From NCBI GenBank assembly GCA_001443445.1, contig LDXN01000002.1, positions 20,939-84,938 of the forward strand: a stretch of 64,000 nt of DNA, written 5' to 3'. The DNA comes from Candidatus Dadabacteria bacterium CSP1-2 (lineage in GTDB: Bacteria > Desulfobacterota_D > UBA1144 > Nemesobacterales > CSP1-2). Positions 51,193 through 61,437 of the stretch are shown here, piece by piece (position 1 is the stretch's first letter; the number at the start of each line of letters is the position of its first letter). Position numbers and translations under genes: made by a program. The notes under the pieces were generated by a model. It worked only from the letters and a program-made list of their open reading frames with translations, had not been told where the DNA came from and searched no databases.

Positions 51193-52293
51193 ATGGCAAA
51201 CTTTGAACTGGAGGATACGACATTAGAACCAAGAGCAAAAATAAAAGTGATGGGTCTTGGAGGAGCCGGGGGAAACGCTGTTAATACAATGATTGAGAAA
51301 AATCTTGGTGGTGTTGAATTCATCGTTGCAAATACAGATACTCAGGATTTAAAGAAATCCCGCGCATCAACAAAGCTTCAAATTGGCTCCAGAATAACAA
51401 AAGGACTCGGTGTAGGCGGAAACCCCGTGCTTGGGAAAGAGGCGGCTCTTGAGGATCAAACTAAAATCATTGAGATGCTAGAAGGTGCAGATATGGTCTT
51501 TATTACAGCCGGCATGGGAGGGGGAACGGGAACAGGCGCGTCTCCAGTTGTAGCACGGGCAGCGAAAGATATTGGCGCACTCGCAGTTGGTGTTGTAACA
51601 AAACCCTTCAGCTTTGAGGGTCCAAGGAGACATAGACAAGCCTTAGAAGGCATAGAAAACCTTGAGAAAGAGGTGGATACGCTGATTGTAATTCCGAATG
51701 ATAGGCTTGCTGTTGTGCAGAAGGTAGGCATTATTGAAGCATTTAAAAAGGCAGATGAGGTTCTTTATCAAGCTGTTCGAGGAATCTCCGATATAATTAC
51801 AGGAACGGGCTACATTAACGTTGATTTTGCAGATGTGAAAAGCATAATGGGCGAAAACGGCGGAAAGGCGCTTATGGGAACAGGATACTCAGAGGGAAGC
51901 GGAAGGGCTCAAGAGGCAGCAGAAAATGCAATTACGAGTTTACTACTGGAAGATATTTCGATAGATGGAGCAAGGGGAATACTAATAAATGTAACCGCCT
52001 CACCTGACTTCAGAATTGAGGAGCTAAACGAAGCCTGTGGCTACATAAGAGAGCGTGCACACGAAGAGGTTAATCTTATTTTCGGACTGGTACTCGATGA
52101 GAAAATGAGAGACGCCGTGAGAATTACAGTGATTGCCACTGGCATTCAAAGTAAGAGGGCTGAAAATAAATTAACAGACGATGCATCCCTAAAGGAGGTT
52201 GTCACAAAACTTACTTCCGCGGTTGAAGAAATGAGCGATGAATTTGAAATACCCGCCTTTATAAGAAGGCGAAGCGTTAGGGAAGGAAAGTGA
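51193..52293 (+). CDS. ftsZ: cell division GTPase FtsZ
   Basis: GGGTGTG tubulin signature, T7 loop NVDFAD, and the C-terminal conserved peptide [12 protein letters not shown]. Confidence 0.97.
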   Translation: MANFELEDTTLEPRAKIKVMGLGGAGGNAVNTMIEKNLGGVEFIVANTDTQDLKKSRASTKLQIGSRITKGLGVGGNPVLGKEAALEDQTKIIEMLEGADMVFITAGMGGGTGTGASPVVARAAKDIGALAVGVVTKPFSFEGPRRHRQALEGIENLEKEVDTLIVIPNDRLAVVQKVGIIEAFKKADEVLYQAVRGISDIITGTGYINVDFADVKSIMGENGGKALMGTGYSEGSGRAQEAAENAITSLLLEDISIDGARGILINVTASPDFRIEELNEACGYIRERAHEEVNLIFGLVLDEKMRDAVRITVIATGIQSKRAENKLTDDASLKEVVTKLTSAVEEMSDEFEIPAFIRRRSVREGK

Positions 52294-52641
52294 CCACTAT
52301 CCTTGAAAATTAAAACGGGCTTTGATTTAGGTAATGTCAACTGAGGAAATGATTTGATTCGTGTAGTTTTATACCCTACTTAAAGACAATCCGTAATTAA
52401 AATTCAAGCTACTTAACATGAGTCACGTTTTTTATGATAAGTTACTAAAATCGTTACTGTGCGATTTTAACTAGTAGAGTCAAGTTTATATTCAGTATTT
52501 TCCTTAAGAGGTTCTGCTTATTCAGACCCCATGATATAAGACATAGGTTTCTTGCACCTACAAACTTAGGTAAAATATCCATATAACTAAGCGCGGATTA
52601 TACCCGCTTAAATTTGCCTGTTAACCTTTATCATAAAACTG

Positions 52642-54321
52642 ATGATATGGAGACTTAAAGAAAAAGCTAAGGATATTTTGTCTAATGAAACTGGAACTAT
52701 ATTTAAAGAAGCTTCGCTAAGAGTTGCTCTCGTATACCCAAATACATATGAGATTGGAACATCAAACCTAGGGTTTCAGCTAATATATCGCATCTTAAAC
52801 TCAATAACTAACATCTCAGCAGAAAGGGTTTATCTTCCCGACAGTGAGGACATCAAGCTTTATGAGCTGGGTGAAGACCTCTTTTCACTTGAAAGCCAAA
52901 GGCAGATTGGAGAGTTTGATGTAATTGCCTTCTCTATTCCGTTCGAGGGCGATTATATAAATGTGCTGAAAATCCTAGAGTTATCAAAGATTCCTTTCAG
53001 GAGCTTGGATAGAGGAGAAGACTATCCGCTCGTTATAGCAGGTGGAATGGCGACGCTTCTCAACCCAGAACCGCTTGCTCCTTTTATTGATGCATTTATT
53101 ATAGGTGAAGGCGAGTATATAACTAGAGAGGTTTTCGAGATTGTAGCACGTAGAGAACCAAAGTGTAAGACTCTGGAGCGGCTCTCAGAGGTTCAAGGAG
53201 TATATATCCCTTCTTTCTTTAAGCCAATTTATAACCAAGACGGAACGTTTGCAGGGCATCTTCCTTCTCTCCGTGTACAAAAAAGATTCGTGGATGACCT
53301 CCATTTACATCCTGCAGGATCAACAATCCTTACAAAAAACACAACCTTTTCTGATATGTACCTAATTGAAGTAAGTCGAGGGTGCGGAGGTGCGTGCAGG
53401 TTCTGTGCAGAAGGCTTTGTCTACAGATACCCGAGGCACAGAGATAAAGATTCAATTATAGCTGAAATAAAGAAGGCTAAAGAAATGGGAAGAAGAGTAG
53501 GACTGATAAGCCCTATGCTCCTTGACCATCCAGATTTAAAGGAAATAATCGCAGAGGCTAAAAAGGAGGGTATACAAGCCTCTCTTTCTTCACTTAGAGC
53601 AGACGCTCTTGATGAAGATATGCTCGAAACTATTCGTATGAGTGGACAGAAAACCCTTACAATTGCACCCGAAGCTGGTAGCGATTTTCTAAGACGCTCT
53701 GTAAATAAACATTTTACAAATGAGGATATAACTAGAAGTGCCGAGCTTTCGTATAAGTTTGGAATAACAAACTTGAAACTATACTTTATGGTAGGACTTC
53801 CTGGAGAGACAGATGAAGATGTAAAAGCGATTGGGGAGCTCGGAAAAGCTATAAGAGGCGTTTTTCCACGAGGTAAAGTCACTATTGGTGTTAACCCACT
53901 CGTACCAAAGCCTTGGACTCCCTTTCAGTGGGCTCCGTTTCCAAAACTTAAAGATGTTGAAAGAAAATATCAAATCATAAAGGATGAAGTTAAAGGAGCA
54001 AGCGGGATAAAACTCTCTTTAAGCTCCCCAAGACTTTTCTACATCCAGGCCCTTCTCTCACGTGGCTCACGTCGTGTCTCTCGTTTTCTTGAACTAGCAC
54101 TCGAAGAAAAAGGGAGTTATACAAAGGCGTTAAGAAAATGGGAATCGAACCCTGACTTCTATACCTATCGTGAACGCAGGGCAGATGAAACCTTTCCATG
54201 GGATTTTATTGACCATGGGATATCAAAAAGGTTTTTAAGAAAGGAATACGATAAATCCTTCGAAGGAAGAAAAACCCCTGAATGCGTTGTCCCCATCTGC
54301 AAGCTCTGTGGAGTGTGTTAA
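52642..54321 (+). CDS. radical SAM protein, TIGR03960-like (B12-binding-like N-domain + rSAM core), function unknown
   Basis: 559 aa. N-terminal LRVALVYPNTYEIGTSNLGFQLIYRILN matches the family N-terminus as I recall it. The SAM-binding cluster is CGGACRFC (CxxxCxxC variant spacing), followed by a long C-terminal domain. Confidence 0.7.
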   Translation: MIWRLKEKAKDILSNETGTIFKEASLRVALVYPNTYEIGTSNLGFQLIYRILNSITNISAERVYLPDSEDIKLYELGEDLFSLESQRQIGEFDVIAFSIPFEGDYINVLKILELSKIPFRSLDRGEDYPLVIAGGMATLLNPEPLAPFIDAFIIGEGEYITREVFEIVARREPKCKTLERLSEVQGVYIPSFFKPIYNQDGTFAGHLPSLRVQKRFVDDLHLHPAGSTILTKNTTFSDMYLIEVSRGCGGACRFCAEGFVYRYPRHRDKDSIIAEIKKAKEMGRRVGLISPMLLDHPDLKEIIAEAKKEGIQASLSSLRADALDEDMLETIRMSGQKTLTIAPEAGSDFLRRSVNKHFTNEDITRSAELSYKFGITNLKLYFMVGLPGETDEDVKAIGELGKAIRGVFPRGKVTIGVNPLVPKPWTPFQWAPFPKLKDVERKYQIIKDEVKGASGIKLSLSSPRLFYIQALLSRGSRRVSRFLELALEEKGSYTKALRKWESNPDFYTYRERRADETFPWDFIDHGISKRFLRKEYDKSFEGRKTPECVVPICKLCGVC

Positions 54322-54507
54322 GAAAATCAGATTCTGTTTTAAGGATGATTCTTCTTCACCCTTAATGTATAAGAGCAATACTATTTGATTAAAAAGTAAT
54401 CAGCTAACCCATAGGTTTACATTATAATTTGCTGTAATTAAAGCAAGTTACCTCTGGCATCAATCTTGCCAATATGTTAAGTAAAAATAGTTAGGAGGCC
54501 TAAAGAC

Positions 54508-55008
54508 ATGAGTGTCATTGATGAGGTTCTAAAGGCTAATCAAGAATATGCCAAGAATTTTAAGTTGGGACATCTTCCTATGCCACCGGCTAATAAGTTA
54601 GCGGTTGTTACCTGTATGGATGCACGAATGACGGTATCGCAATTGCTCGGCCTTAAAACCGGCGAGGCCCACATTATCCGAAATGCCGGGGGGATTGTCA
54701 CTGAAGATGCTCTGCGCTCGCTCATTATTTCTCATCACCTGCTGGGCACACAGGAGTTCATGATAATTAACCACACTGACTGCGGGATGTTGACTTTTAA
54801 GGATGAGGAATTGCGCAAGAAGCTACAAAAGACGACGGGAACTGCGGCAGTTGCACCGATGCACTTCCATGCTTTCAGCAGTCTGGAAGAAAATGTTCAT
54901 GAGCAAATACAAAAAGTTAAATCTCATCCGTGGGTTCCAAAGCACATCCCTGTTAGGGGTTTCATTTACGACGTAAAGACCGGCAGGCTGAATGAAGTTT
55001 CACTCTAA
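54508..55008 (+). CDS. beta-class carbonic anhydrase (short Cab-type clade)
   Basis: 166 aa with zinc ligands CMDARM ... HTDCGM. GC is higher than the surrounding DNA. Confidence 0.85.
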   Translation: MSVIDEVLKANQEYAKNFKLGHLPMPPANKLAVVTCMDARMTVSQLLGLKTGEAHIIRNAGGIVTEDALRSLIISHHLLGTQEFMIINHTDCGMLTFKDEELRKKLQKTTGTAAVAPMHFHAFSSLEENVHEQIQKVKSHPWVPKHIPVRGFIYDVKTGRLNEVSL

Positions 55009-55242
55009 CTATTCTTCGCTTCTTAGATGACGGGCACGGTAGTTTAGAGAAGGCTGAATAAATCACCTCATCTACTTATCACCATCTAGCAGTTTACTAT
55101 AAGTAAAAATTGTAATCCGGAGGATCGGAGTTGTAATTTTTCTGGATAGATTGTTTACTTAGAGATACGTATTATCTATATTCAAGCCATAGTAAATTAA
55201 GCAAGCATTACATTATAAGATTCAGGATTGAGAGGACAGAAT

Positions 55243-55614
55243 ATGATTATTAAGTTACTCAAGGATCATGAGGAAAAACATTCTCCAACCTGCGGTGAAA
55301 TTCGAGAAATATTAACCAGTGCCGATTATTCTTCTTTGATTATTGCGATTACGCTAGACATTAAACCAACAAAAGCTCATTATCATAACAGATTTGAAGA
55401 GATCTACTTTGGATTGGACGGCTATATTCATCTCAAACTATACGATCCCACTAGCGATAGGACCCGGATTGAAAAATTATCTGTGAATGAATTGTGTGTT
55501 ATCAACAAGGGAGTTCATCATGAGATCATAGAATCATCGGAGAATAACAGGCTTTGCGTTATAGCAGTTCCTCCGTTTGATCCCTCCGACGAAAACTTTT
55601 CAGACAAGATTTAA
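55243..55614 (+). CDS. cupin domain protein
   Basis: Small beta-barrel with His-containing motifs (KAHYHNRFEEIYF...GVHHEI) typical of the RmlC-like cupin fold. Confidence 0.55.
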   Translation: MIIKLLKDHEEKHSPTCGEIREILTSADYSSLIIAITLDIKPTKAHYHNRFEEIYFGLDGYIHLKLYDPTSDRTRIEKLSVNELCVINKGVHHEIIESSENNRLCVIAVPPFDPSDENFSDKI

Positions 55615-55652
55615 AGAAAAGAAACAATCCATATAAGAAAGAACAAAAAGAG

Positions 55653-56084
55653 CTACTGTAAATTACTTCTGTCAGCGATTTCATAACCCGCGATAGGTAT
55701 AGGAGAAGCATGGTGTAGAATCATGCGCCAGCCGGAGTCATGACGTTCAAAAATGTTTGTTGACTGAGACATGTTTATCCCTATCGGGTCTCTATTTATG
55801 TAAATTAGTTGCTGTATACAAGCAACCCATGCAACGTCCCCTTTTATTTCCACAGTAATATTAGAAAGCCTGATATCTACTTGATCGTTCGGATCGAATA
55901 CATTTTCCCAACTCTGTCTGATTGCCTGCCATCCACTAAGCATTATCCAGCCTGGGTGTACACACCCCGCCCTTGAGTCTTTGACCCAGACCTGATCCAT
56001 TAGTTCCAGGTTCCTTGTACCAAGCGCCTTATAAAACATCTCGTTTATCTTCAGCACCTCTTCGTAGTCCGAATTTTTAGTCAT
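55653..56084 (-). CDS. SnoaL-like / NTF2-fold protein (DUF4440-like)
   Basis: 143 aa with an alpha+beta cone fold pattern and conserved W/D positions typical of nuclear-transport-factor-2-like domains. Confidence 0.55.
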   Translation of the reverse strand: MTKNSDYEEVLKINEMFYKALGTRNLELMDQVWVKDSRAGCVHPGWIMLSGWQAIRQSWENVFDPNDQVDIRLSNITVEIKGDVAWVACIQQLIYINRDPIGINMSQSTNIFERHDSGWRMILHHASPIPIAGYEIADRSNLQ

Positions 56085-56286
56085 TAGTACTCCCTATTTT
56101 TATAAGATTTGTTTGTTTAAGATTTATCGAGTGAAATTGATTTCAAAAACTTCAAACCTTCTTGACTCTATTTTATCTATAGATTGACAGATAAACAAGC
56201 GCTATGATTCAGGAAACAATATGTATATTTACTTTTTTCATATTAAGATTTCTCAAAAGTAGAACAAAATGTAAATCAAAAAAGAG

Positions 56287-57129
56287 GTGGAGATGACATT
56301 AACTAAAAGGATTTCATGTTTATGCCTTATGCTATTTGTATCTACCGCATTAGCCGTTGAATTAAATGTTTCCAACTTAGCCGATCTCCTAATAAAAACC
56401 CAAAAGGAAAACCAGCTAATCCCTGTACTTTCTGATCAATACCCTGAGCTTGATGTTGAGACTGCTTACCTGGTGCAGAGAGCCTATGTCAAAAGAAGGC
56501 TGTCTGATGATCAGATCGCAGGATTTAAGGCTGGGCTCACTTCAGAAGGAAGTCAAAAAAAGTTTGGCGTGACATTCCCTGTATCAGGTGTTCTCTTTGC
56601 CTCCGGAAAGAATCTCAACTCTCCTTTAATTGACAGATCAATGTTTAAGATCCCGATAATTGAAACTGAAATAGGATTCCTAGTTGTAAAACCCATATCA
56701 CACCCACTTAAGGACGTATCGGAACTACATAAGAGTATTAAAGCAGTTTTGCCCGTCATTGAACTTCCAGATTTGGGCTTTACTGATTTAAAGAACCTCA
56801 ATGTGGTGGACATAATTGCTGCAAATGTCTCATCATCTCAATTCATCGTTGGAACTGAAAAGGATGCGAAGAGTCTAGATCTCGACAATATTACAGTAAC
56901 ACTTTCACTGAACGGGCAGGTAGTCAATCAAGGTAAGGGTTCAGATGCCCTAGGAGATCAATGGAATGCTGCCCTATGGCTTGTAAATGCCATAACAAAG
57001 CAAGGTTGGAAGATTGAACCAGGCTATATCCTCATCACTGGCGTCCTAGGAAAGATGATCCCTGGGAAGGAGGGCAAATATGCAGCGGATTTTGGAATCT
57101 TGGGTGGGATTTCTTTTGAAATTAAGTGA
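56287..57129 (+). CDS. 2-keto-4-pentenoate hydratase family protein (MhpD/HpaH-like) with N-terminal signal peptide
   Basis: Aligns along its full length with E. coli MhpD (ETEIGFLVV vs EAEIALVL; LGDQWNAALWLVN...ILITGVLGKMI vs LGHPLNAAVWLAR...IILTGALGPMV). The N-terminus is MTLTKRISCLCLMLFVSTALA. Confidence 0.55.
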   Translation: MEMTLTKRISCLCLMLFVSTALAVELNVSNLADLLIKTQKENQLIPVLSDQYPELDVETAYLVQRAYVKRRLSDDQIAGFKAGLTSEGSQKKFGVTFPVSGVLFASGKNLNSPLIDRSMFKIPIIETEIGFLVVKPISHPLKDVSELHKSIKAVLPVIELPDLGFTDLKNLNVVDIIAANVSSSQFIVGTEKDAKSLDLDNITVTLSLNGQVVNQGKGSDALGDQWNAALWLVNAITKQGWKIEPGYILITGVLGKMIPGKEGKYAADFGILGGISFEIK

Positions 57130-57209
57130 TCTAATATTACAGAATTTAACAACTACCGCACTATCCATAATTAGTAATATAAACCCGCAAGTAATTGCCT
57201 GATTTAGGT

Positions 57210-58850
57210 TTATCCTAACGCGCCAACCTTAATATCCTGGAGAATCTCTTGCGCTGCTCGAATACCTGATAGGGCAGCACCCTCCATGAAACCCTGCGAC
57301 TCGTAGAATGAGCTTGTGTGCTCGCCTGCGAAATAGAGGTTTCCTATCGGCTTAGCCTCATTGTCAGCGATCGTCGTGAAATACCCAGGATGGTTACAAG
57401 TATAGCTTCCCTTTGTAAGCGGGTTTGATGGCCAATGCTCAAGGTGCACCCTGAACTTACCTTTAGCATCGCGGAAGGCTGCTGCAAATGCTCCTGGATA
57501 AACCCTGTCAAGGTCAGTTAGGAATAGCTTCGCCTCAGTTTGGACCTTCTGTGGGTTCAAACTTGCGCCGCGGTTTCCACCCGAGTAGTCCGTAAGTATC
57601 GCATGCATGTCCGTAGCCTTTGTAGGGTTTGTCTCCCAAGTATTTTGATGGTTAGGAAGGTCAGAGTAGGACGTCCCCTTGCTTCCTTGTGCTATCCAGG
57701 GACGGCTATCGAAGCCGACCATCATCTTTGCGTTTGTCCCGTAGCGGAGCATTTGGATCGCATCTAGCTTCCAAGAGGGGAGACCTAGGCTCGCATTAAG
57801 CTCTACCTCGCGTAGAATTGAAAAAGGTATAGCAAAAACAACAGCGTCATGGGTTGCGCTAATAGTTCTAGTACCATCTTTGAAGGTTAGTTCGAAACTC
57901 CCTGCAGCGGTCTTGCGCGCTTTCACAAGCCGCATCTCAAGCTCGATCTGACTATCAAGCCTATTGCTTAGTCCATTCACAATCTGATCATTACCCCCGA
58001 TTATGTGATATCTCTCGTCACTAAAAACACCAAAGGGGCGAAATTTTGAACGCTTATCCACATGAATAAAGAGAAGAAAATTAAGGCAACTTTGCTCCTC
58101 GATCTCTAGGCCATACTCAGCGATGTATGCAGCTTTGACAGCGGCTTTGATTAAACCTCCCGCCCCCCGCGCATCGAGGTATTCCTGTAGGTTCGTAAAG
58201 TCGAGCTTCTCATCATCCGCGGTGTGATTATCGGCGGTCGGGGGAGTTAGCATGCGCAGGTCATCATGCATTGAAGCTACCAGATTACGGTACTCGTCAA
58301 CAACTTGAGATTCCGGAAAACGTTGACCATCAAAAAAGTAAAAGACCTCGCCAGGCGGCTCTTTCTCTACATCCTCAAGCTCAAGATTGAATTCCTGGGC
58401 GTAGCCAAGCATTGTCTTATGCAGGTTGTCAATGAATTCACCTCCTCGCTCTGCAACCTGACCCGGGAAGAAGTTTCGAAGCGAGAAGCAGCGGCCGCCG
58501 ACACGGCTATTAGCATCGTATAGTGTTGCGTTAATGCCGTTTTTCCTGAGTTCGTCTCCACAAGCAAGACCTGCTAAGCCAGCCCCTACAATTGCAATAT
58601 TAACATCGGGACCCGACGGAGCTGCCAAGGTTCGGCGAAGCGGCCAGACGACTGATCCGATCGCGCCGACCACGGCCAGCTTTCCCATGTTTGCCAGAAA
58701 CTCACGCCTGCTGGCACGACGCTTCGCCAAGCGTGCCTCTAAATCAGCAACCCGCTCTAAACCCTCTTTAGTAGAGATATTGTTTTCTTCGCAATAGTGT
58801 GCGATCCGTATTGAGCGTGCAAGATTTTTGAAAAGGATTGAACGGCTCAT
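57210..58850 (-). CDS. Tat-signal flavin-containing amine oxidase family oxidoreductase
   Basis: RREFLANMGKLAVVGAIG twin-arginine motif, then GXGXXG (VGAGLAGLACGDEL), and Rossmann plus substrate domains of MAO/LAAO/putrescine-oxidase type. GC is about 50%. Confidence 0.8.
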   Translation of the reverse strand: MSRSILFKNLARSIRIAHYCEENNISTKEGLERVADLEARLAKRRASRREFLANMGKLAVVGAIGSVVWPLRRTLAAPSGPDVNIAIVGAGLAGLACGDELRKNGINATLYDANSRVGGRCFSLRNFFPGQVAERGGEFIDNLHKTMLGYAQEFNLELEDVEKEPPGEVFYFFDGQRFPESQVVDEYRNLVASMHDDLRMLTPPTADNHTADDEKLDFTNLQEYLDARGAGGLIKAAVKAAYIAEYGLEIEEQSCLNFLLFIHVDKRSKFRPFGVFSDERYHIIGGNDQIVNGLSNRLDSQIELEMRLVKARKTAAGSFELTFKDGTRTISATHDAVVFAIPFSILREVELNASLGLPSWKLDAIQMLRYGTNAKMMVGFDSRPWIAQGSKGTSYSDLPNHQNTWETNPTKATDMHAILTDYSGGNRGASLNPQKVQTEAKLFLTDLDRVYPGAFAAAFRDAKGKFRVHLEHWPSNPLTKGSYTCNHPGYFTTIADNEAKPIGNLYFAGEHTSSFYESQGFMEGAALSGIRAAQEILQDIKVGALG

Positions 58851-58943
58851 ATTGCTTCCTCCTTAAAAAGATCTTATGACATAAATAAGACCCAACAACG
58901 GAATACAAATAAATATAATCGCTACCATAAAGAGAATAAAATC

Positions 58944-60029
58944 CTAGCCTAAGTCTTTTAGTTTTGGCATAACTTCCCTTGTAAGTAGGGTCATCGAACG
59001 AACCCACTTATCTCTTGGCCGCCATTCATGCCCCATTACGAGAAGAACACCAAATCCTCCAAGGTATTCATATAACTCTCGGATCTTACGAGCTACATCG
59101 TCAGGACTACCTACTATCCACATGTTGTCAATCATGTAATCGAGGGTCACATCTGAATCGGATATACTTGTATCAGTTTTAAAAATGTCTAAAGAACCCC
59201 TGATTTTTGGGACGAGGCGGAAGAAATATTCCTTAAAGTCCCTGCCTAAAGTTCCCTCAATCGCCTCACGCCGCGCTTGTTCGGTCGTCTCTGCAACGTA
59301 AACATCCCTCGCTACCCTCCATTTCGAGCGATCCGCAATCATTCCCGCCTTTTGAGCACCTTCTTCAACGGCCTTCCAGTGACTTCTAAGGATTTGTTTA
59401 GCTACAAGATTAATACTCATTGGAATCCAATTCCGCTCACCAGCAATCATCAATGTTCCAGAGCTTTCAGAAATACCTGCGACGGCTATCGGGGGGTGTG
59501 GCTTTTGATAGGGCTTTAAATGCAACTTAAGTCCCACATCATTTTGAGGTTCAGGAACCGAAAATCTCCAATATTTGTTTTCGTAAAGCCCTGGCTGAGG
59601 ATCCTCCCAGAGTTTTAGTATCAGGTCAATTGCATCATGAGTTAAGACCCGCTGTTCGCCCGTTTTTGGATTAATTCCAAACACCTTAAAATCTCCTGGA
59701 AAGCTTCCTGCTCCGACTCCCCAATAAAAGCGACCGTGTGCCAGGTGATCCAACATTGCAATTCTGTGAGCGAGTACAAATGGATTATGGTTTGGCATAC
59801 AGGAGACACCGATGCCAAGTATAATGTTCTTTATTAATGGAATGGCTTTTGCTATTAGGAGGTCAGGCGCTGGAATGTTTTCCCAGGAAGAGGTGAAGTG
59901 CTCTCCGATCCATGCCTCTCTAAACCCGAGATTGTCTAACACCACAATCTGCTCAAGGTCCTCGTCAAGGGTCTCTGTGATGTTTGATCCCGGTGGATGA
60001 AGTGGCATGGTAAAGTAACCGTAATCCAT
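58944..60029 (-). CDS. LLM-class (luciferase-like) flavin-dependent monooxygenase/oxidoreductase
   Basis: 361 aa TIM barrel. The N-terminal FGYF..P..H motif and overall pattern match the bacterial luciferase family. Confidence 0.8.
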   Translation of the reverse strand: MDYGYFTMPLHPPGSNITETLDEDLEQIVVLDNLGFREAWIGEHFTSSWENIPAPDLLIAKAIPLIKNIILGIGVSCMPNHNPFVLAHRIAMLDHLAHGRFYWGVGAGSFPGDFKVFGINPKTGEQRVLTHDAIDLILKLWEDPQPGLYENKYWRFSVPEPQNDVGLKLHLKPYQKPHPPIAVAGISESSGTLMIAGERNWIPMSINLVAKQILRSHWKAVEEGAQKAGMIADRSKWRVARDVYVAETTEQARREAIEGTLGRDFKEYFFRLVPKIRGSLDIFKTDTSISDSDVTLDYMIDNMWIVGSPDDVARKIRELYEYLGGFGVLLVMGHEWRPRDKWVRSMTLLTREVMPKLKDLG

Positions 60030-60414
60030 ATGAACCTCCGTTTTTTATCCCTAGAAATCTTATAGCTCTAAATCTTCCAACCTTCGAGTGGGCACTACCA
60101 CTCCTCAACTCAGAGCTTTAACTCATTTTTTTTATCGAATCGGGAAATAATTATACTGGAACAATTAATACAAAGAAAAGATTGTTATTTGTTGGTGAAT
60201 AAGTGAGTTAATAAATTTCTCGTGGTTTATCAGATTGCGAAATCTAAACACGAGAAACAAATTTCGCTCAATTAACTTTTTTGAAGTACCATCAAACCCC
60301 TTGACACCTTAATTGTAAGATGATATATGAAATGGGCATTTGAAGTAGCCCCGTAAATCTCAATTTGCTTGGGCTAATTTCAAATCGAAAATTTGTTGTA
60401 AGGAGGAAGAAATT

Positions 60415-60948
60415 ATGAAGAAGTATCTTTTACTTGCAATGTTGCTAACATTGGTGGCATATGCTGTGCCTACTTATGCCGCCGACCCAGGTGAGGGTTC
60501 GGTTAGTATATTATTTGTTCAAACTTCAAAAGGCGTAGCCTTTGATAAAGGAACAATGACATTGAAAGGTGTAAGTCCTTCAACTGTTTTCTTTTCAGAT
60601 CGTCCAAACAGAATAGCTGGTCATTTGCCTACCTCGCATTTCCTAAAGGTTTGGGATGAAGGTAAGGATAACTTTAAAAACGACCCTCCAAACGCTAATG
60701 TAACGATTCTTGGTAAAACAGAAGGAGCGACCAACGTTGTACTGGAATTAAGCAATCCACGTCTTAAAGGTGAAGATCTTATCTACGATGTTCAGGTTTT
60801 AGATGGAACCCCACCTGCAACGGGCGACGCCACTGCAGTATTTATTGATTGGTGGGTCAGCCCTGGTGGTATGGTCTGTCACCGCAACTGGTACACTGGT
60901 CAAGCATGGTGTCATTGGCCAGGACCCTACAGGTATCCCCGATACTAA
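60415..60948 (+). CDS. secreted hypothetical protein with aromatic/Cys-rich C-terminus
   Basis: Signal peptide MKKYLLLAMLLTLVAYAVPTYA. C-terminus is ...WWVSPGGMVCHRNWYTGQAWCHWPGPYRYPRY. I recognise no family. Confidence 0.45.
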   Translation: MKKYLLLAMLLTLVAYAVPTYAADPGEGSVSILFVQTSKGVAFDKGTMTLKGVSPSTVFFSDRPNRIAGHLPTSHFLKVWDEGKDNFKNDPPNANVTILGKTEGATNVVLELSNPRLKGEDLIYDVQVLDGTPPATGDATAVFIDWWVSPGGMVCHRNWYTGQAWCHWPGPYRYPRY

Positions 60949-60969
60949 TGATTCAGGATTAATCTGGGT

Positions 60970-61112
60970 AGATCACGAGTCTTGCTCGTGACCGGTAGTC
61001 TGACCATTAAAAAGAATGACCAATGTAGGGGCAGGTCTTGCACCTGCCCCCCTCAAGGTGTACAGAATTTAAATTAACCCGTCCGTACTGAGCCCGTCGA
61101 AGCATGAACGGT
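60970..61112. repeat. Repeat fragments (family 2 core palindrome, GC hairpin, family 3 fragment)
   Basis: cacgagtcttgctcgtg (reverse complement of acgagcaagactcgt), ggggcaggtcttgcacctgcccc hairpin, and ctgagcccgtcgaagcatgaacgg. Confidence 0.35.
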
Positions 61113-61437
61113 GATGTTGATTTTTTGATTTCTTTATATAACAGATGATTTGTTAATCATAACAACATAAACGGAACAAAAAACGATGAAGTAATGTAAA
61201 AAGTTGATGAAGAAGCAAACATTATCGGTTTTTCCATTCTAAAAGTAAGTGCTTTCAAAGAGCAAAAACCACCTTCAATCAGCCTTAAAACCAATATAGC
61301 TTAACCAGTGTTGCACTCAAGTTATACCTTACGTCTTCGATAACCTTGTCATTGCAGAAATTCATCTCGATTCTAGCTCTTATGTCAAATGTTGAGACCT
61401 GACCCCATCTCCTTTGATAACGGAGTAGAAGAAAGTT

